A stretch of 56,823 bases of DNA from contig JBNGIO010006211.1 of NCBI GenBank assembly GCA_049999805.1, forward strand, positions 79,026-135,848, written 5' to 3'. Position numbers and translations under genes: made by a program. Positions 35,103-48,417 of the stretch are shown here, piece by piece. Below the pieces are notes generated by a model. That model ran no database searches, had not been told where the DNA came from, and saw nothing but the letters and a program-made list of their open reading frames with translations. The stretch's first letter is position 1, and every line of letters starts with the position of its first letter. This DNA is from Folioceros fuciformis. Taxonomy: Eukaryota.

Positions 35103-37286
35103 AGTTTCCTGCGGCGGCCTCGGCTCAAGGCGGCTACAGTGCATGCGCTGGCGCAGGCAGGCGATGTTCGGGGATTGCGGAGCAAGCTGGTGGAGACGCC
35201 CGCTCTCGTCAATGCGGGCAATCCTATCGTGAGTCCGAGGGGAGCGGGTTTGTTGGGGCTGTTTGTGTGGTGTGCTCGTGGGAGTTTTGTGGGCGGTAGT
35301 GTGGAATTTGTGGGCGATGGGTAGGTGGTGTTGAGTGTGGGCAATTGTGCGGTGAAGGTGAGTTGGAGTTGAGCTGACATTCTTTGGGTGGCTGCAGATG
35401 CGGCAGACGGTTCTTCACTTGGCAGCTGCAGGCAACCAGTTGGAGGTTGCGCAGTTGATCTTGGAGTTTCCGGAGAAAGCCGAATTAGAGGCCAGGACGA
35501 CGGTGAGGCAGCCAGGGATTGTTCTTGTCGGGGGTTGTCGGGGGACTTCTTTTTTCTGGGAAGCGTCTCATTCTTTGCTGAAAATTTATCTCCTTCTGTG
35601 GTTGTCAGTACGGAGAGACTCCGTTACACCTCGCAGCAAAGAACGGCGCCGTGGACGTGCTCAAGTTGCTGCTCAAACACAATGCTTCCATAGAAGCGAA
35701 GGCCAGTGTGAGTTGAAAGCGAGCTTTAAGCCTGCTGCTGCTGCTGCTCCTTGCAAGACTCGGGCGCGTCGTCAGATTTTGATTCCGGCCTTGTGCTGCT
35801 GTTACAGAATGGAATGACGCCTCTGCACCTGGCTGCCTGGAATTGTACGAGCTGCACGGTGGAAGCTCTGCTTGAGTGTCAAGCGGACGTCAATGCTATA
35901 GATAACGTAAGCTCTTGAAGAAAACAACCGTGAATCGTCTCGGTCCTGACCAAGAAAGTGAAGGGCAGTGTGGAGGGAGGAACATGTCGTGATCGAAGGC
36001 ATGCATGGCCTAATTAATGTTCATTTCATTTTCGGTGATGGCATTGCAGGAGGGGAAAACACCACTAGACCACCTCCCCCAGAATCCCAGCACTGAGAAA
36101 CTCCGCCTGCGACTCCAAGAGCGGCAGGTGCTGCAGAAGTCAGAGCTCGCATCCAAGGGGCTCAAAGCGAACTTGAGTGACCTGGAAGCCGAGCTCAACA
36201 AGATAGTGGGACTACATGATCTGAAGGGCCAACTCCGACGGTGGGCCAAGGGTTTGCTTTTGGACGAAAGGCGTCGAGCACTAGGACTGGTAGTCCAGCC
36301 CAGAAAGCCACCGCACATGGTGTTTTTGGGCAATCCAGGCACAGGTACTGACAACCTCCTTCCAACATGTCGGTCGGTGCTGGGATTCGGTTGCAGTCCG
36401 TACTTGGTTGGGGGTTGCAGATATATCTCAACAAGTTGTGTCATGCTGCTGCTAACGGTGTGCGTGTGTGCAGGGAAGACGATGGTGGCGAGACTTTTAG
36501 CAAAGCTGCTGCACATGGTTGGGATGTTGGCAACGGAGAAGGTGGTTGAGGTGCAGCGAACCGATCTCGTAGGGGAGTTCGTTGGGCACACTGGCCCCAA
36601 AACCCAGAAAAAGGTAGGTTTACCAGACCCAACAACAGCCCTCTGCTGCTGGCTCATTGCGTTGCAGTGGAGCGGGGCGGATCCGAGACATACATGGGTT
36701 GCTGAGGCACGGGATTCGGGGCCGTTCGGTGCGTTCGTTTGTGCAGATCAAGGAGGCCGAAGGTGGGATCCTGCTTGTGGACGAAGCATACAGGTTGATG
36801 CCGGCCGGCAACTCCACCGACAAAGACTACGGCGTGGAGGCCCTTGAGGAGATCATGAGCGTCATGGACAGCGGCAAGGTGGTAGTCATCTTCGCAGGAT
36901 ACCCAGCACCCATGAAGCGAGTTCTGGACTGTAATGACGGATTCGGTAGAAGAGTGACCAAATACTTCCACTTCGATGACTTCGACCCCACCGAGCTTGC
37001 TCAAATGATCCACCTCAAGATGGCAGACCAAAGCCCTAGCAACGTCATGTACGGTTTTAAGCTCCACCCGCTGTGCACAGTGAAAGCTGTTGCACAGCTT
37101 CTAGACTGCAGGATCAGCGTGGCTCAAAGACAGAAAATGAACGGCGGCATTGTGTGGCCTCTCCTAGCTGATGCCAGGGATAATCTGGACAATCGGCTGG
37201 ACATGGACTGCTGTGACCAGGAGGCTCTTGTGACCATCACCCTGCAAGACTTTGAGGCTGCGTTGGACAGAGTACCTCCAGCTTGA
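35103..37286 (+). CDS. Ankyrin-repeat plus AAA+ ATPase of the CbxX/CfxQ family; start codon probably in or before the gap at 35003-35102
   Basis: Ankyrin exons (QTVLHLAA, GETPLHLAAKNG, GMTPLHLAAW, GKTPLDHL). Walker A GNPGTG|KT, LVGEFVGHTGPKT, Walker B LLVDEAY, IFAGY. Confidence 0.9.
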
Positions 37287-37431
37287 TCAGATCACAACCC
37301 CCCCAATCCCAATCCCACTCCACAGCATTGCACTGCACTCCTCTCCACTCCAAAAAAAACTGGAATCGATTCATCAGCAGTGAAGCGTGAATCGGGAAGC
37401 GGAATCTTGGGTGTCCAATACTACCCGCCGC

Positions 37432-37432
37432 A

Positions 37433-37467
<35 letters not shown>

Positions 37468-37468
37468 G
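37432..37468. repeat. (TA)n microsatellite
   Basis: Read directly from the sequence. Confidence 0.9.
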
Positions 37469-38156
37469 TAAGATGGCGTGTGCATGCATTTTCGTTCAAC
37501 CTCGGTCGGCGGAGGCGGCAACATGTTCATGTTTCTTCCCTCCTGCCACTCCAAAGCAAGGAGTATATTATTATGTGTATTGCCCATAGGGATAGGATAG
37601 AAAAAAAATGAAAAGGCAGTCAGTCACATGCACCAGGCCACAACTGTACCCGTACTGTACGTACATTCCTACTTATGTATCTATGTTATACACGTTACAC
37701 AAGGGCAGTTGACTTGTCACCGTCCATCGGCGCTACGTGCCAGAGAGATTCGAGGAGCGCCATTGGCAGTATTGCCCTTTGTAGTCTGGCCGTTACCTTG
37801 CGGGGCACGGCAGCGGTTGTCCGTCTCGCGGGCTTGCTTTACTTACAAACGCAGCACCCACTGCACTGCGGGCCTTGGCCCTACCCTAAGATTTCGCTTT
37901 GCACGCTGAAATAGCCTGCGGCTGTCTCGGGCCATGTGCCGTAAAAGGTGCTGAAAGAAAGAAAGAAAGAGAGCAAGAAAGAGAGAAAGAAAGACAGCAA
38001 GCAAGCACACCAGACAGAGAGATCGAGCCAGCCAGGTCCGTAAGGCAGAGCGGGAAAGCTTGCGCCGCTGCTACGCCACTCTCCGCTACCCTACGCGCTG
38101 CGCTCTGCTGCTGCTGGCTGTTGCTGGCTGTCATCGCTGGAAATTCGGCTTGGCTT

Positions 38157-39707
38157 CTACGCTACCAGCACTTGGCAGCCAATCACCTCCTCCGCCTTCG
38201 CTCCCAGCACGGCAGGCATCTGCCGGTACACCACTGATTGCCCGTCGTCGGCCGCATCCAGATCCACGATGGAGATCTGCAGGTACCTCCTCACCACGTA
38301 CAGCTTCCTGCCCAACCCGGCGATGCGCGGGTTGTCCTGCAGGATCTCCGCCCACGGCACCTCCCGAAACGACAGCCCTTGGAGGTAAATCCAACCTATG
38401 CCTTGCTCGTCCGCCACCCGCACCCGGCCCGCTGCCCAGTCCAGTGTGTGCAACTTCCCCATGAGAACCGTGCTCAGCCCGTACCTGAATGAAGAGTAGG
38501 TGCCACACAAAAGCATGATTCAGCGCGCAGGCAGGGCCAATCCGGCTGAGGATACAAACACAGCTTCGAAAGCCTTCGAAGAGGCTTCGTAAGCAGCGCT
38601 TTCAAGTGAGAAGCAATCCCTGAATCCTCAGGGCACACTGCAAAATGTAGACGGCAGCAAGAGGAAAAGAAGGGCGGACGAAGGCGTAACCTAACCAGCA
38701 AATGAAATTCTTCACGACATAGCCCTTGCAGAAAGCAAACACGGGAGAAAGAAGACGATGTGAAGATTCGAGGAGGAAGCAGAGACGAAGAAATCCATTT
38801 GTGCTGAAAACAAACGCAAGGCTAGCGCTGAGCTCACACGAATCGAAACTGACCTGAGCAGAGCCTTCATCTTGCTGGAGCGGGGGTGCCAGGCGCCATC
38901 GCCGGGGTCGTAGAGCTTCACCATGGTGCGGTGATCCACATGGTCGCGGTAGGAGCAGTAGAACTTGTCGTTGGCCAGGGACATGGTGAGCCAGCCGGGG
39001 TGCCATCCCACGTGATAGCCGGCGGTAGGGGAGGCGAGGCTGAGCTGCGGGGGCTCCCGGCTGGGGACGCTGCTCCACTCGTCCAGCGCGAAGTCGTAGC
39101 ACTCGGCCGCGTGGAGGAGGTTGTTGCCGCAGTCGAATCCGCCAAGGACAAACACCTTGCCACGCAGCACCGTCACCAGGGGGCTATGGCGAGTGTGGAT
39201 CATGCTCCTGGCCCGCCGCCACCGGTTGGCGAAGGGGGAGTAGATGAAGAGGTCGCGGAGCGTAGGGCCGCTGGCGCCCGCCTTCCCTCCCATCACCAAC
39301 AAGCGGCCACGGAACACGGCCGATCCCCGGCCGAACACCTCCGGACTCTGCCCCCGCTTCCGCGGAATGGCAGGCACCGCCAGCCACTTCCCCGCTGTGG
39401 CGTCCAAGGCATACCACGACACCCGCCTAGTCTTCCTGTTCCAAGTCTCCACATACAGCCACTCCTCCGTCGCTCCAACCTCTTCCCGCAGCTCGTGGAA
39501 GCCCGACGCAGCTATGGCGCCGCGCCAGGCCCGCGACACGCCTCTCAACTGGTGCAGGCTGGCGCGCGGCAGTCGCGCTAGGCACAGCTCCGCTACCTCG
39601 TTCGGCAGGCCCGGCAGGATCGCGGATTCCACCTCGGAGTCTACTTCCCCCGGGCTCCCGCTCAAGGAACTTGCTTTCCTCTTCCTCCCTCGCTTGCGGC
39701 CAGCCAT
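38157..39707 (-). CDS. F-box/kelch-repeat protein; exons 39707-38854 and 38484-38157
   Basis: Basic N-terminus (RKRGRKRK), F-box ILPGLPNEVAELCLARLP..LRGVSRAW, kelch repeats (LLVMGG..YSPFANRW; VFVLGG..AECYD..W). Phase-2 GT-AG intron. Confidence 0.9.
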
Positions 39708-40070
39708 GGATTCAGCACCAGCATTGCACAACCAAACCAGCCAGAGTTCGATTCCGAGCCCGCTTCTTCCTCCTCCTCAAATTCCTTCCTCCTTTCACCT
39801 GCTTCTTAGATCGGATTGCAGGCTCCTTCTAAGCAACACACACAAAGAAACAAACAACCAACCAAGGTATTGACGACGGAACAATGCTCGCACTCCCGTC
39901 ACCTCACCGCGGTCAAGCAAAGCAAAATCTGCGATCCGATATCAGCAAGGCTGAAACTCCTGATCCAAAGCGATCCATTGGCATTCCCAACAACAACTCA
40001 CCTTGCGGCTGGCACGCGGATTCAGCACCACTCAGTACTGCACCGTCAGACGCTCGCAATCTCATGGCTC

Positions 40071-40097
40071 CCGCCGCCGCCGCCGCCGCCGCCGCCG
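40071..40097. repeat. (CCG)n trinucleotide repeat upstream of the F-box gene
   Basis: Read directly from the sequence. Confidence 0.9.
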
Positions 40098-42499
40098 GCA
40101 CGGATCCCAGCCGAGCCACAATTACAAACAGGGAAGAGCGCAGGACCGGAGATCCCGCCGCGGCCGCACCGAAATCGCTAACCCCACGCCAGTGCGAATC
40201 GCAGAGCATCGCGCAGCTTGGCCGGCATGCATGCAGAAAGGCGGAGCTTTCGCAGGGCCGGGCCGCAACAGATCCACGCAACTGTCCGGAAGGGTGAAAA
40301 GGGGAGGAAAGAGGACGAGAGGGAGAAGACGTCACGACTCACACGTCTCACACGACTCACTAGTCGAGTCCAAGCCCTGGCTGCATCCTGGAAAGGAAGG
40401 AGGAGAGAGGCTCATCCAGCTGTGGGAGCCTTAGCTCATGAGCTCGCTCGTGCGACCAGGACTAGGCTGCGTTACATCATATGCGTTTCAGGGAAGAGAG
40501 AAGAGACGGGATTCGAACTTGAAGGCCCCGTTATTTGCCCGGAGTCAAATTTTTTAATCGGGGCCGCGTTCCCATGGCGAAGCCGCTGGCGCACTACAGT
40601 CTGTCCGGGCGTGGCCCGCCGGCCGGGGGCTGCCTATCCTTGTGCCGAATCCGATACTATCCAGCTACAGTGGGAACGCAGGCATTTTGTGAAGTGGAAG
40701 GAGCAGGCCTGATCTCGCAGAGCGTGGAAGGCTGAGAAAGCCGCGGCAGCGGCCAGGCATTACAGAGCAGTGCTGGAGCAATGGCAGCTTCTCATCTCAT
40801 CATCCTCTCTAGCTCCCCAGACCCGTCTCGGGCCAGGAATTGAATCGATGTCAGGTTTCTGCAGGTCAAAGGTGTTGCGTGTTGGCGCAAATGAAGCATC
40901 TGGAGCCGTCAGGCCTGGCCTCGGCCGACAATGGTCCACGAGGAGAGCAGTAATTGTCGCGCCACGCTCCTCGAGGAACAGGCTGATCATGGCTTTTATT
41001 GCACCTTTCAGCTCACTGCTCAGCGCTGCGTCGGGAAGTGGGCAGCAGAGCAGCCATGTGGCTTGCTTGCTGCGCTGTTCTTGCTCTTGGATACATGTGC
41101 GACTGTTGATCATACTGTGGCTGATGAGGCGTGGAGCTCGGTTTGGAGGCTCTGAATTATGGTGTGGAGTGGAACTGTTTGATGGTTATGCCGGGCCTGG
41201 TTTGGTGTCAAGAATCCGGAATTGATTCAGGAGCGATGCACAATAGTGTGGAGGCGTGGGAGGAGGAATCGTGAGGGGGCTAGGGGAGGGCAGTGTTCTG
41301 TGCGCAACGATCGTGGCAGGCATCCCCAGCTAGGGTTGGGGAAGGAAGCTGAAATGTGGTATGTACAGGGATGGCATGACATGGTGGTACGAAACCCTTG
41401 GCAGGGAGGCAGTGGATGGATGCAAGAATGCAAGGAAGGAAGGAAGGAAGGCACAAGGAAGAAGTCGCTTGCCAGCAGGCCGCTTGCAGGAAGGGCAGGG
41501 GCAGAGCACCGGGCTAGGGTACATGGTACCCCGTGGCATTACTGTGTACTACGTACGAGGGATGCTTGGAAGAGGGAGGAGACGGAAGACTTGAAGACGA
41601 GGGTATGGAATGCGTGATTCCTTGCGGCCCTAGCACATGGAGGGCGGGATGCATCTTACGTCGGTGGCCTGGCCAGGCACATGCAGTGGGAGGACCGATG
41701 CATGAAGGGATCAAGGACTTGCAAAGCCATCATCATCGGCGTGGCGAGCTCGCATGGACTCTACCTTCAAGACATGGTTAGGGTACATGGTACGTTTGGC
41801 CTGGGCCCGTGGTAGTACTCGTCAACCTGGCAGCGAGACCTGCGTTGACAGAAGGACTCCACACGCAAAGGCCTTTCAGCCAAGCAAGGCAGAGCTTCTT
41901 CCTGACAGGTTCCTTGTTCGTTTATGGAACCAGGGAGAAGGGGCGAGGGGACCAGTGTCGAGAGGGTCATGACTCATTTCCCTCCTATGAGGCTTTTGCC
42001 CAGCCTGGGTACATCCTTGACAAGAAGAGGACAGGGACCGAGCAGTGCTGCAGGCGAGCAGGCAGGCTCCAGCCAGGCCCACAGTATGGCCATTGGCAGT
42101 TGCCCTCCGGATATGGAGGGTTCCCTGTTCCCTGTTCCCCCTGTTCACGTGGGGCCTTTATGAGCTCTTCGGCCACTGGCCTCCTGCCACAGTTGCTATA
42201 GCGCGGATCACGTTGCCTTTGGCCATTTGCTTGCCTGCCTGCCATCATCATGCCATCAGCACACAAGGCAGAATAACGGTGTTGATGCTTGTTAAAACGA
42301 CCTGTTTCGTGCTATTCGATGCTTGCGGCTGTGCCAATCAGCTGGCTGGGAAGATTACGCTGGAACAGCTCTATTGTTGTAAGGCTTGCGATGACAGGTA
42401 CGAAGACGACACAAGAGAGACCAAGTATGTACCCAGTCGCCCGAGTTCCCCCCCCCCGGACCTATGGCTATTAGACCTAGGAGTATTCGGAATTGGGGT

Positions 42500-43800
42500 A
42501 ACCTCTGGAAACCCCTATAATTTCCTCCTGCGGAGGAAGGCCGGTGGATTGCAGGATAGCTGTCATTCCTTATTCAAACTATCAATTACAGCTCAACTTT
42601 GCTGCACAGACACGCAGGCTAGCACGGAATACCCATACAGTCATCATCGGGGATGCAAGAAAACCTCACGCCATAAGTTTTCTCCATCTCTGTGACCAGA
42701 TCAGTACGCATGGGGCGCACCACGTTGGACAAAATTTGTCCTGTGCGACACAAGGGTTTTCGGTGCATCCAGGGTTAGAGGTTACGCAACCCCCTATTAG
42801 AACCCCCGGTCCGGGTGGCACACATCTGCGAGAGAAGCAGAGAGCAATCTACGGGCTTGCCTCCCTCATTTCAGAGGCTCTCTTCTTAGTGGTGTATGCC
42901 TTCTGTGTGCACCATAACAAAAAAAAGGCTTTCCTTCCTCATTTCAGACGCTGTCTTCTATGCCTCCTATATGCAGCCCAGGTTTCTTTTCACATAGAAG
43001 GGCGTGGATTGGTGGATTGTAGCAGTCACGTGACACTCGACCAATCACTCATTTGGCTATCACCACTCAATGTGCTAGTACCATATGGTGTAGACATAAC
43101 GAAGCAAGGCCGAGAGGTAGATGAGAAAAGGAGGCGATCAGGTAAACGAAAACTTACCCAGCTGGAAGTTCGATCCCTCCCAGGACTTCCTCGAAATGCA
43201 ACTGGGAATCGCCTGAGGGGTCGATCATATCCAGTTCGTATTCACTCGAGAATGCAACTTGATCGTTCAAAGCCAGAGCGTTTCGATGGCATTCCCAACT
43301 TGGTGTCACAAATACACAGCCTACATAAAACAATCCCTCTACTTCCGGTGAGAAACGAGTATCCACCAAGCGTTTCCAACCAATGCAAGCTTGGTGTGGA
43401 GCGCACGATGAACTCTCCTCGGTGGTCATGACGAGAGAGTGCAGCGTGCGTGATCATGGGCTACTTGGTGCAGATGGTCCAAGCTTTTACGCTTGCATCT
43501 TGGGTTTGGAATTTGGAGCTGGATCCCAAGACTTTCAGATTCGAGCACGCTAATTTGGTCACACAAATTAACAATAGAGCTCCATGGACCAAGGCGATGA
43601 TGGGCACCCAGAGAGAGTGTCTTTTCTATGGGGTACCTAATCAAGAGGCAGCCTGAACAAGGTAACCATGAATACAACTCAGTCCCCACTATGAAGTCTG
43701 CGTTGTCGATGAGCAAATTTGCATCTTCAACCCAGAAACGAAGAAACGAGGGAACAAGGCTACATGAAAAACTACCTCGCAGATCAATTGGTCTCAGAGC
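42500..43800 (+). mobile_element. Possible highly decayed L1-like non-LTR retrotransposon remnant
   Basis: Only weak motif echoes: TLDKI (RLDR-like), LTQLEV..LDRSKPERFDGIP (cf. EV..KSPGPDG.P) and LELD (LKLD-like). Frames are broken. Confidence 0.3.
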
Positions 43801-43903
43801 GTGTATATATTGATAGGTCCATACTGATCAGCTGGGAATTCGTAGCAAGTACAAAGTCTGAATAGCGCGGCCTTGTGTTGACAGGTCGTCGGTGTTGTCG
43901 GAA

Positions 43904-44670
43904 ATGGCCGATGGCTGGAGCACTCCCTCGATCAAGTCAGAAATCGACTTCGAGGAAGAGGCCTTGGGTCCATTGTCCAAGTCGGTTCCCCGTGACAAGG
44001 TGAGGTGCCTTCCAGATTGTACTTAACTGTAGAGACAACAAGGCCTATTTGATGAATTGTTTGCCCGTGGGAGATCTTGGCCCATGTGTTTACTCAGCTT
44101 TGAATTTCAACAGGTTTCCAATTGGTGATATGAGGTGCCTTAAATTGTCAGCGTAGTCTGTGATGCACCCTCGTTGTATTTTCTTGTGTCCATGACGAAG
44201 GTTGTGGGCATTTTGCTTCTCGTTAAGCCACGTGAATTCATCCATCAGCGACTGTGGGGGCTTTCAGGTCATCACCATTGCAAAGATGCGTCTTCTTGCT
44301 CAGGCACTTCTCAAGACAGTTGTTGGCTATTGCAGTTTATTTCAGGCCTTTTCCTGGCGGAGCGATTGGCGAGTGGTTCACGGAGAGATTCACTTGTTAG
44401 TCTGGTGGGGCTGAGCAGACTCTTGAGCTAAAGAAAGTGGCTGATTTGCTGGGCATAAGACCTCACCACCCTCACAGCCTTGTGGTACTTGTCCAGCGTC
44501 GGTGGAACGGGGAATCCTTGTTTGGGAAGCTAACAGACAATAAGTTCCTCTTCAGCCGACGTCTCTTGGCAGGTTCATTTACGTGTGGGACTTGCCTGGA
44601 AGAGGTTTCTCGTAGTGCCACACAAACATGGACCATGGAATGTGGTCATTGCTTGAATCCGCAATATTGA
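43904..44670 (+). pseudogene. Truncated ARIADNE-like RBR E3 ligase copy (N-terminus to the start of RING1)
   Basis: Exons paralogous to 45704-46601: VITIAKMRLLAQ, LKKVADLLGI..RWNGESLF, FTCGTCLEEV..TWTMECGHC, then a stop. Confidence 0.75.
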
Positions 44671-45703
44671 GTGTGCGTGACACAGCTTTAACCAACTTGA
44701 AGCCCTTGTAGGTCATTGTTATGTATCTTGAACATGCACGCCTGTGCCTCTTGATTCAGAAGAATGAGAGTGTAATTGGCAAGAGGAGGCTAGCCTGGAT
44801 TCTGTGCCTGCTAGTGTGACTCGAGGATCGGACCGACGTGTCTCTTGATCTTGTCACCTGGTTGCCGCATTTTGTTCTCGTTTCTTAGTACCCTTCATTG
44901 TGGAAAATTTAATGCTGTTCTGGCTGACGGTGAACCGCATTGTGAGATAAGTGCATTAAATATTTGCGGGCAACAGAGTTGTTTCAAAAGTACGACAGAG
45001 CCACATTCTCCATGCTCTTGTCGGATGTAGGAGCTGATAGGAGTCAGAGAACGTGAAGTGGCTCATAGTTTTCAAAGCCTTGTCCTGGGTGTAGGAAACC
45101 TGTGGAAAAGGAATAATGAAGGCTGTAATTGGTTGAGTAACAGTTGCCTTGCGTCTGCGGCCACAGTTTCTGGTAAAGACGTTGACATTTCTTCTTCCTC
45201 CTCAGAGTCCTTCCAAACTTGAATATGCGTGGTTGGGAATGAGATTCACCAGTTCGAAGCATATCCATGCTGGTACCATGCTCCAGACGGAACTCTCTTT
45301 GCTAACAACAAAAAATGCTTTGTTCTTAAACCAGGATTAAACTAGTAGCTCTGTAGAGATTAATAAATGTGAAGTTCTCGATCTGTTAAGTACACACCAT
45401 CCCCGTGCTCGGAAACCTAAGCGAAAAGTCTATATATGGTGAGTTAGGTCCCAGTTCTATACTAATTAGGTACAAGCCTGTGCATGTCCTCATTCAAATT
45501 TTTACCAGAACCAAAGCCGGATGGAAAAAAACCTCTGCCACAGAAACTAATTTCAAGCGCCCGGAGCAACTCTCCTTTCACGTGTACGGGATCTCGGTGT
45601 ACTGTCGATCAAGTCTAGCTAGATACGTGAAAGAAGCTCATTCTCGAAATCCATCGTGTGTTCTCTGAGGAGTCTGAAGCTCCGTAGTCCATTGATTTAT
45701 AAC

Positions 45704-48417
45704 ATGGATGATGATTGGGACGATTCGGACTCTACCGACAACTACTCTGCTGGCGACCTCAACTTCGAGGAGACAGCGGACAAGGTCGGGTCCCGGATCG
45801 AGGTGAGATGTGCAGGTTCTTCGCAGGTTGCTGAGTGCACAGACGACAAGGATATTAGGAGAGCCCTAGGAACCCAGATATATCTTTTAAGTTGTACATA
45901 TTTTGAAATGATGTGACAGGCTTTCAGTTTAAGGTATCCGATAGGCCGGGGATGTGAAATCCCGATTGGGAGGATGTTCTGTCTGTCCTACCAGGATCCA
46001 CTAAGGGCTGTGATTGTGGGGACCCAGGGCACTCTGTTGAACTTTGGCCTTGTGTGAAAAGTCGGTCGTGTGCTGACATGTTTGCAACGTTTTGTGCTTT
46101 CAGGTCATTACCCAAGCTTCATTGCTTGCTGCCCAGGTATACTTTTGAACACACAATATTATTGTTGGATGCCCAGGTTTTTGTGTATGTTCCGCAGGAG
46201 GGGTCAATGAATTTTGGGATGATGTGGTGGTCCAGGGATTCACTCTGGTGGTCCAGGGATTCCCTCTGTTAGTCTGGTTGGTTAATTCAGAGTGTACATC
46301 TCAACAAAGTAGCTGATGTACTGGGCTTAAAGCTTCGCCATGCACGCACTCTACTCATCTACAATAGGTGGAATGTGGAGTCCTTGTTTGAGTCCCTGGT
46401 AGACTACGGCGAAGACAGATTGTTTCTGAAAGCTGGGCTGCCCCCGCGTGCACGGATGAACACATCTGGCTCAACCTCCGCTTCTGCAGGTGTCTTGGGA
46501 TCCAAACCACCGGAACCTTTCAAGTGTGGGGGTTGCTTGGAAGAGGTTTCACTTCCGGAGACGTGGACGATGTGTTGTGGGCACTGCTTCTGCAAGGAGT
46601 GTACGTGACGCTTCTCCCCATGCATTTGATTTTCAAGTCACTGTTTTATACCTTCTCGACCACTGCAGGAATGTACCTCTGGGTCTAGCAGTGCCCAGAG
46701 GGGCGGGCAAAAAGGAGTCTGGATTTTGCGTCGACCATGTGAACGGGGGATGAGGCCTGACTGTTCTGCTGATCCACGTCACCTGATCGCGTCGTTTGTT
46801 CAGGTTGGACAGCTCACATGAAAGTCAAGATTGGGGATGGTAAAAGCAAACGTGTCACCTGTATGGAACATGAGTGTAATGTTATATGTGATGAGGAAAA
46901 GGTGCGCGAGTTTGTGGGTGCAAGCGATCCTTAAATGTTGGAGCAATATGATCCGCTGTCTCTTGGAATCTTACGTGGAAGACAATGCGAGAGTGAAGTG
47001 GTGTCCTAGCAGCCCGCACTGTGGAAACGCTGTCAGCGTTGAAGGGGACCGTATCGCGAGATCCAGTGCATTTGTGGCCACCAGTTCTGTTTCAATTATA
47101 GGGAAGAGCCACACGCTCCATGCTCGTCTCATGTGGGAGCTATGGCTCAAGAAGAACAAAGATGATTCAGCGAGCGAGAACTGGGTAACAGTTTTCTCTC
47201 AGCGTTGTCCTACATGTAAGAGACCTGTGGAAAAGGATGGTGGCTGCAACTGGATCAGCTGTATCTGCGGCCAGCTCTTCTGGTAAGACATGTCTTCCTT
47301 GAAATTCTTCTCTAGATGTTTCACGCTAGAAGAAATCATGCATGCATACTGGGTGTGCACTATTTGTAAGTAAGTTGGTAGTATACTTCAGGGAGAGCAG
47401 CCGTTGTCTAGAGAACTACTGCAGGAGAGCCATCTGTGTGTTCTTGTTTGGCATCAAAACAATCATTCATTTGTCAAGTCATAGAGTATTGCCAATGCAT
47501 CCTAGTAGACTGGCCATGTACAAATTCTGTGTATGTTTTCTGTTCTTCAGAAGTGGTTATCTCACGGGGCTGACGACGTTGTATGTTTGTTAGCTGGCTA
47601 TGCGGTAGTGCAACCGGTGAGGCGTACGGTCGGGAAATAATCTCGGATCAAACTTGTGAAAAGATCGACCAGGAGACACGAAAGACAGCTGATCGACATT
47701 GGTCCGTCTTGGAGCGCTGGAGGAACTACCACTCGCGCTGGCTGATCCAATCAGGTTTCTTGCGGGTGGAAGATGAACAGCGTAAGGTCTTTCAGAGCGG
47801 AATCACAGCATCGGCAGCCGATGACTCCGTTGGCAAGGAGTACACCTGGATGACAAGTGGATTTGAAAGGCTCTTCTTGGGAAAGAAAACTTTGTCTTTT
47901 CTTTTCCTCTAGGATTCTTTATGTTTGGGAACGATATGTTCAAGGATGACATTTGTGAGGAGCAGAATACCGTAAATCAGGACCTCTTTGAGAATCAACA
48001 ACAGCGATTAGATCAGGCACTGGAGGAGCTGGACAAGCTTCTTAAGGCTGCCCTGGTGGGGAGCAAGAAAGTTGTGAGTAAACTTCCAAACCTCCAAGAG
48101 CAGGTCATAGCCTTGGCTGGGCTGATTGACGAGCTCTGCAGGAAAATGTAAGAATGTCTTGGTTGCTTGGTGATTGTTCGCTTGGCGTTTCCATGTGGAG
48201 ATTTTCATGTTCGTGCCGTGACTCATCTGGCTACTGCTCCGCGTGTGGCAGGCACGAGAGAATTGAGAAGGATTTCTTGGGCTCCTTGCAGTCAACAGTA
48301 CATGAAATAGCACCATACAGATCACAAGGTCCTGAATGTGATTCTGAGCTGGTGGACGATACAGGTAATACTGGAGTGAGTCCCGACCATTATCTTTCAA
48401 GGAATGATCATCCATGA
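45704..48417 (+). pseudogene. ARI: ARIADNE-family RBR E3 ubiquitin ligase, disrupted
   Basis: Acidic N-terminus, VITQASLLAAQ, RING1 (CGGC..CGHCFCKEC), IBR (SYVEDNARVKWCPSSPHCG), RING2 (CPTCKRPVEKDGGCN..C.CGQ), Ariadne domain (LFENQQQRL). In-frame TAA at 46932-46934 and frameshifts in the IBR exon. Confidence 0.85.

Noticed and set aside
38886-39873. Long plus-strand ORFs (231 and 209 aa)
   Set aside because: Antisense shadows of the GC-rich F-box/kelch exon. The same applies to ORFs opposite EamA, the kinase and VPS41.
42544-43431. 295-aa ORF as a host gene
   Set aside because: Non-ATG start and no coherent domain; only weak LINE-like motifs.
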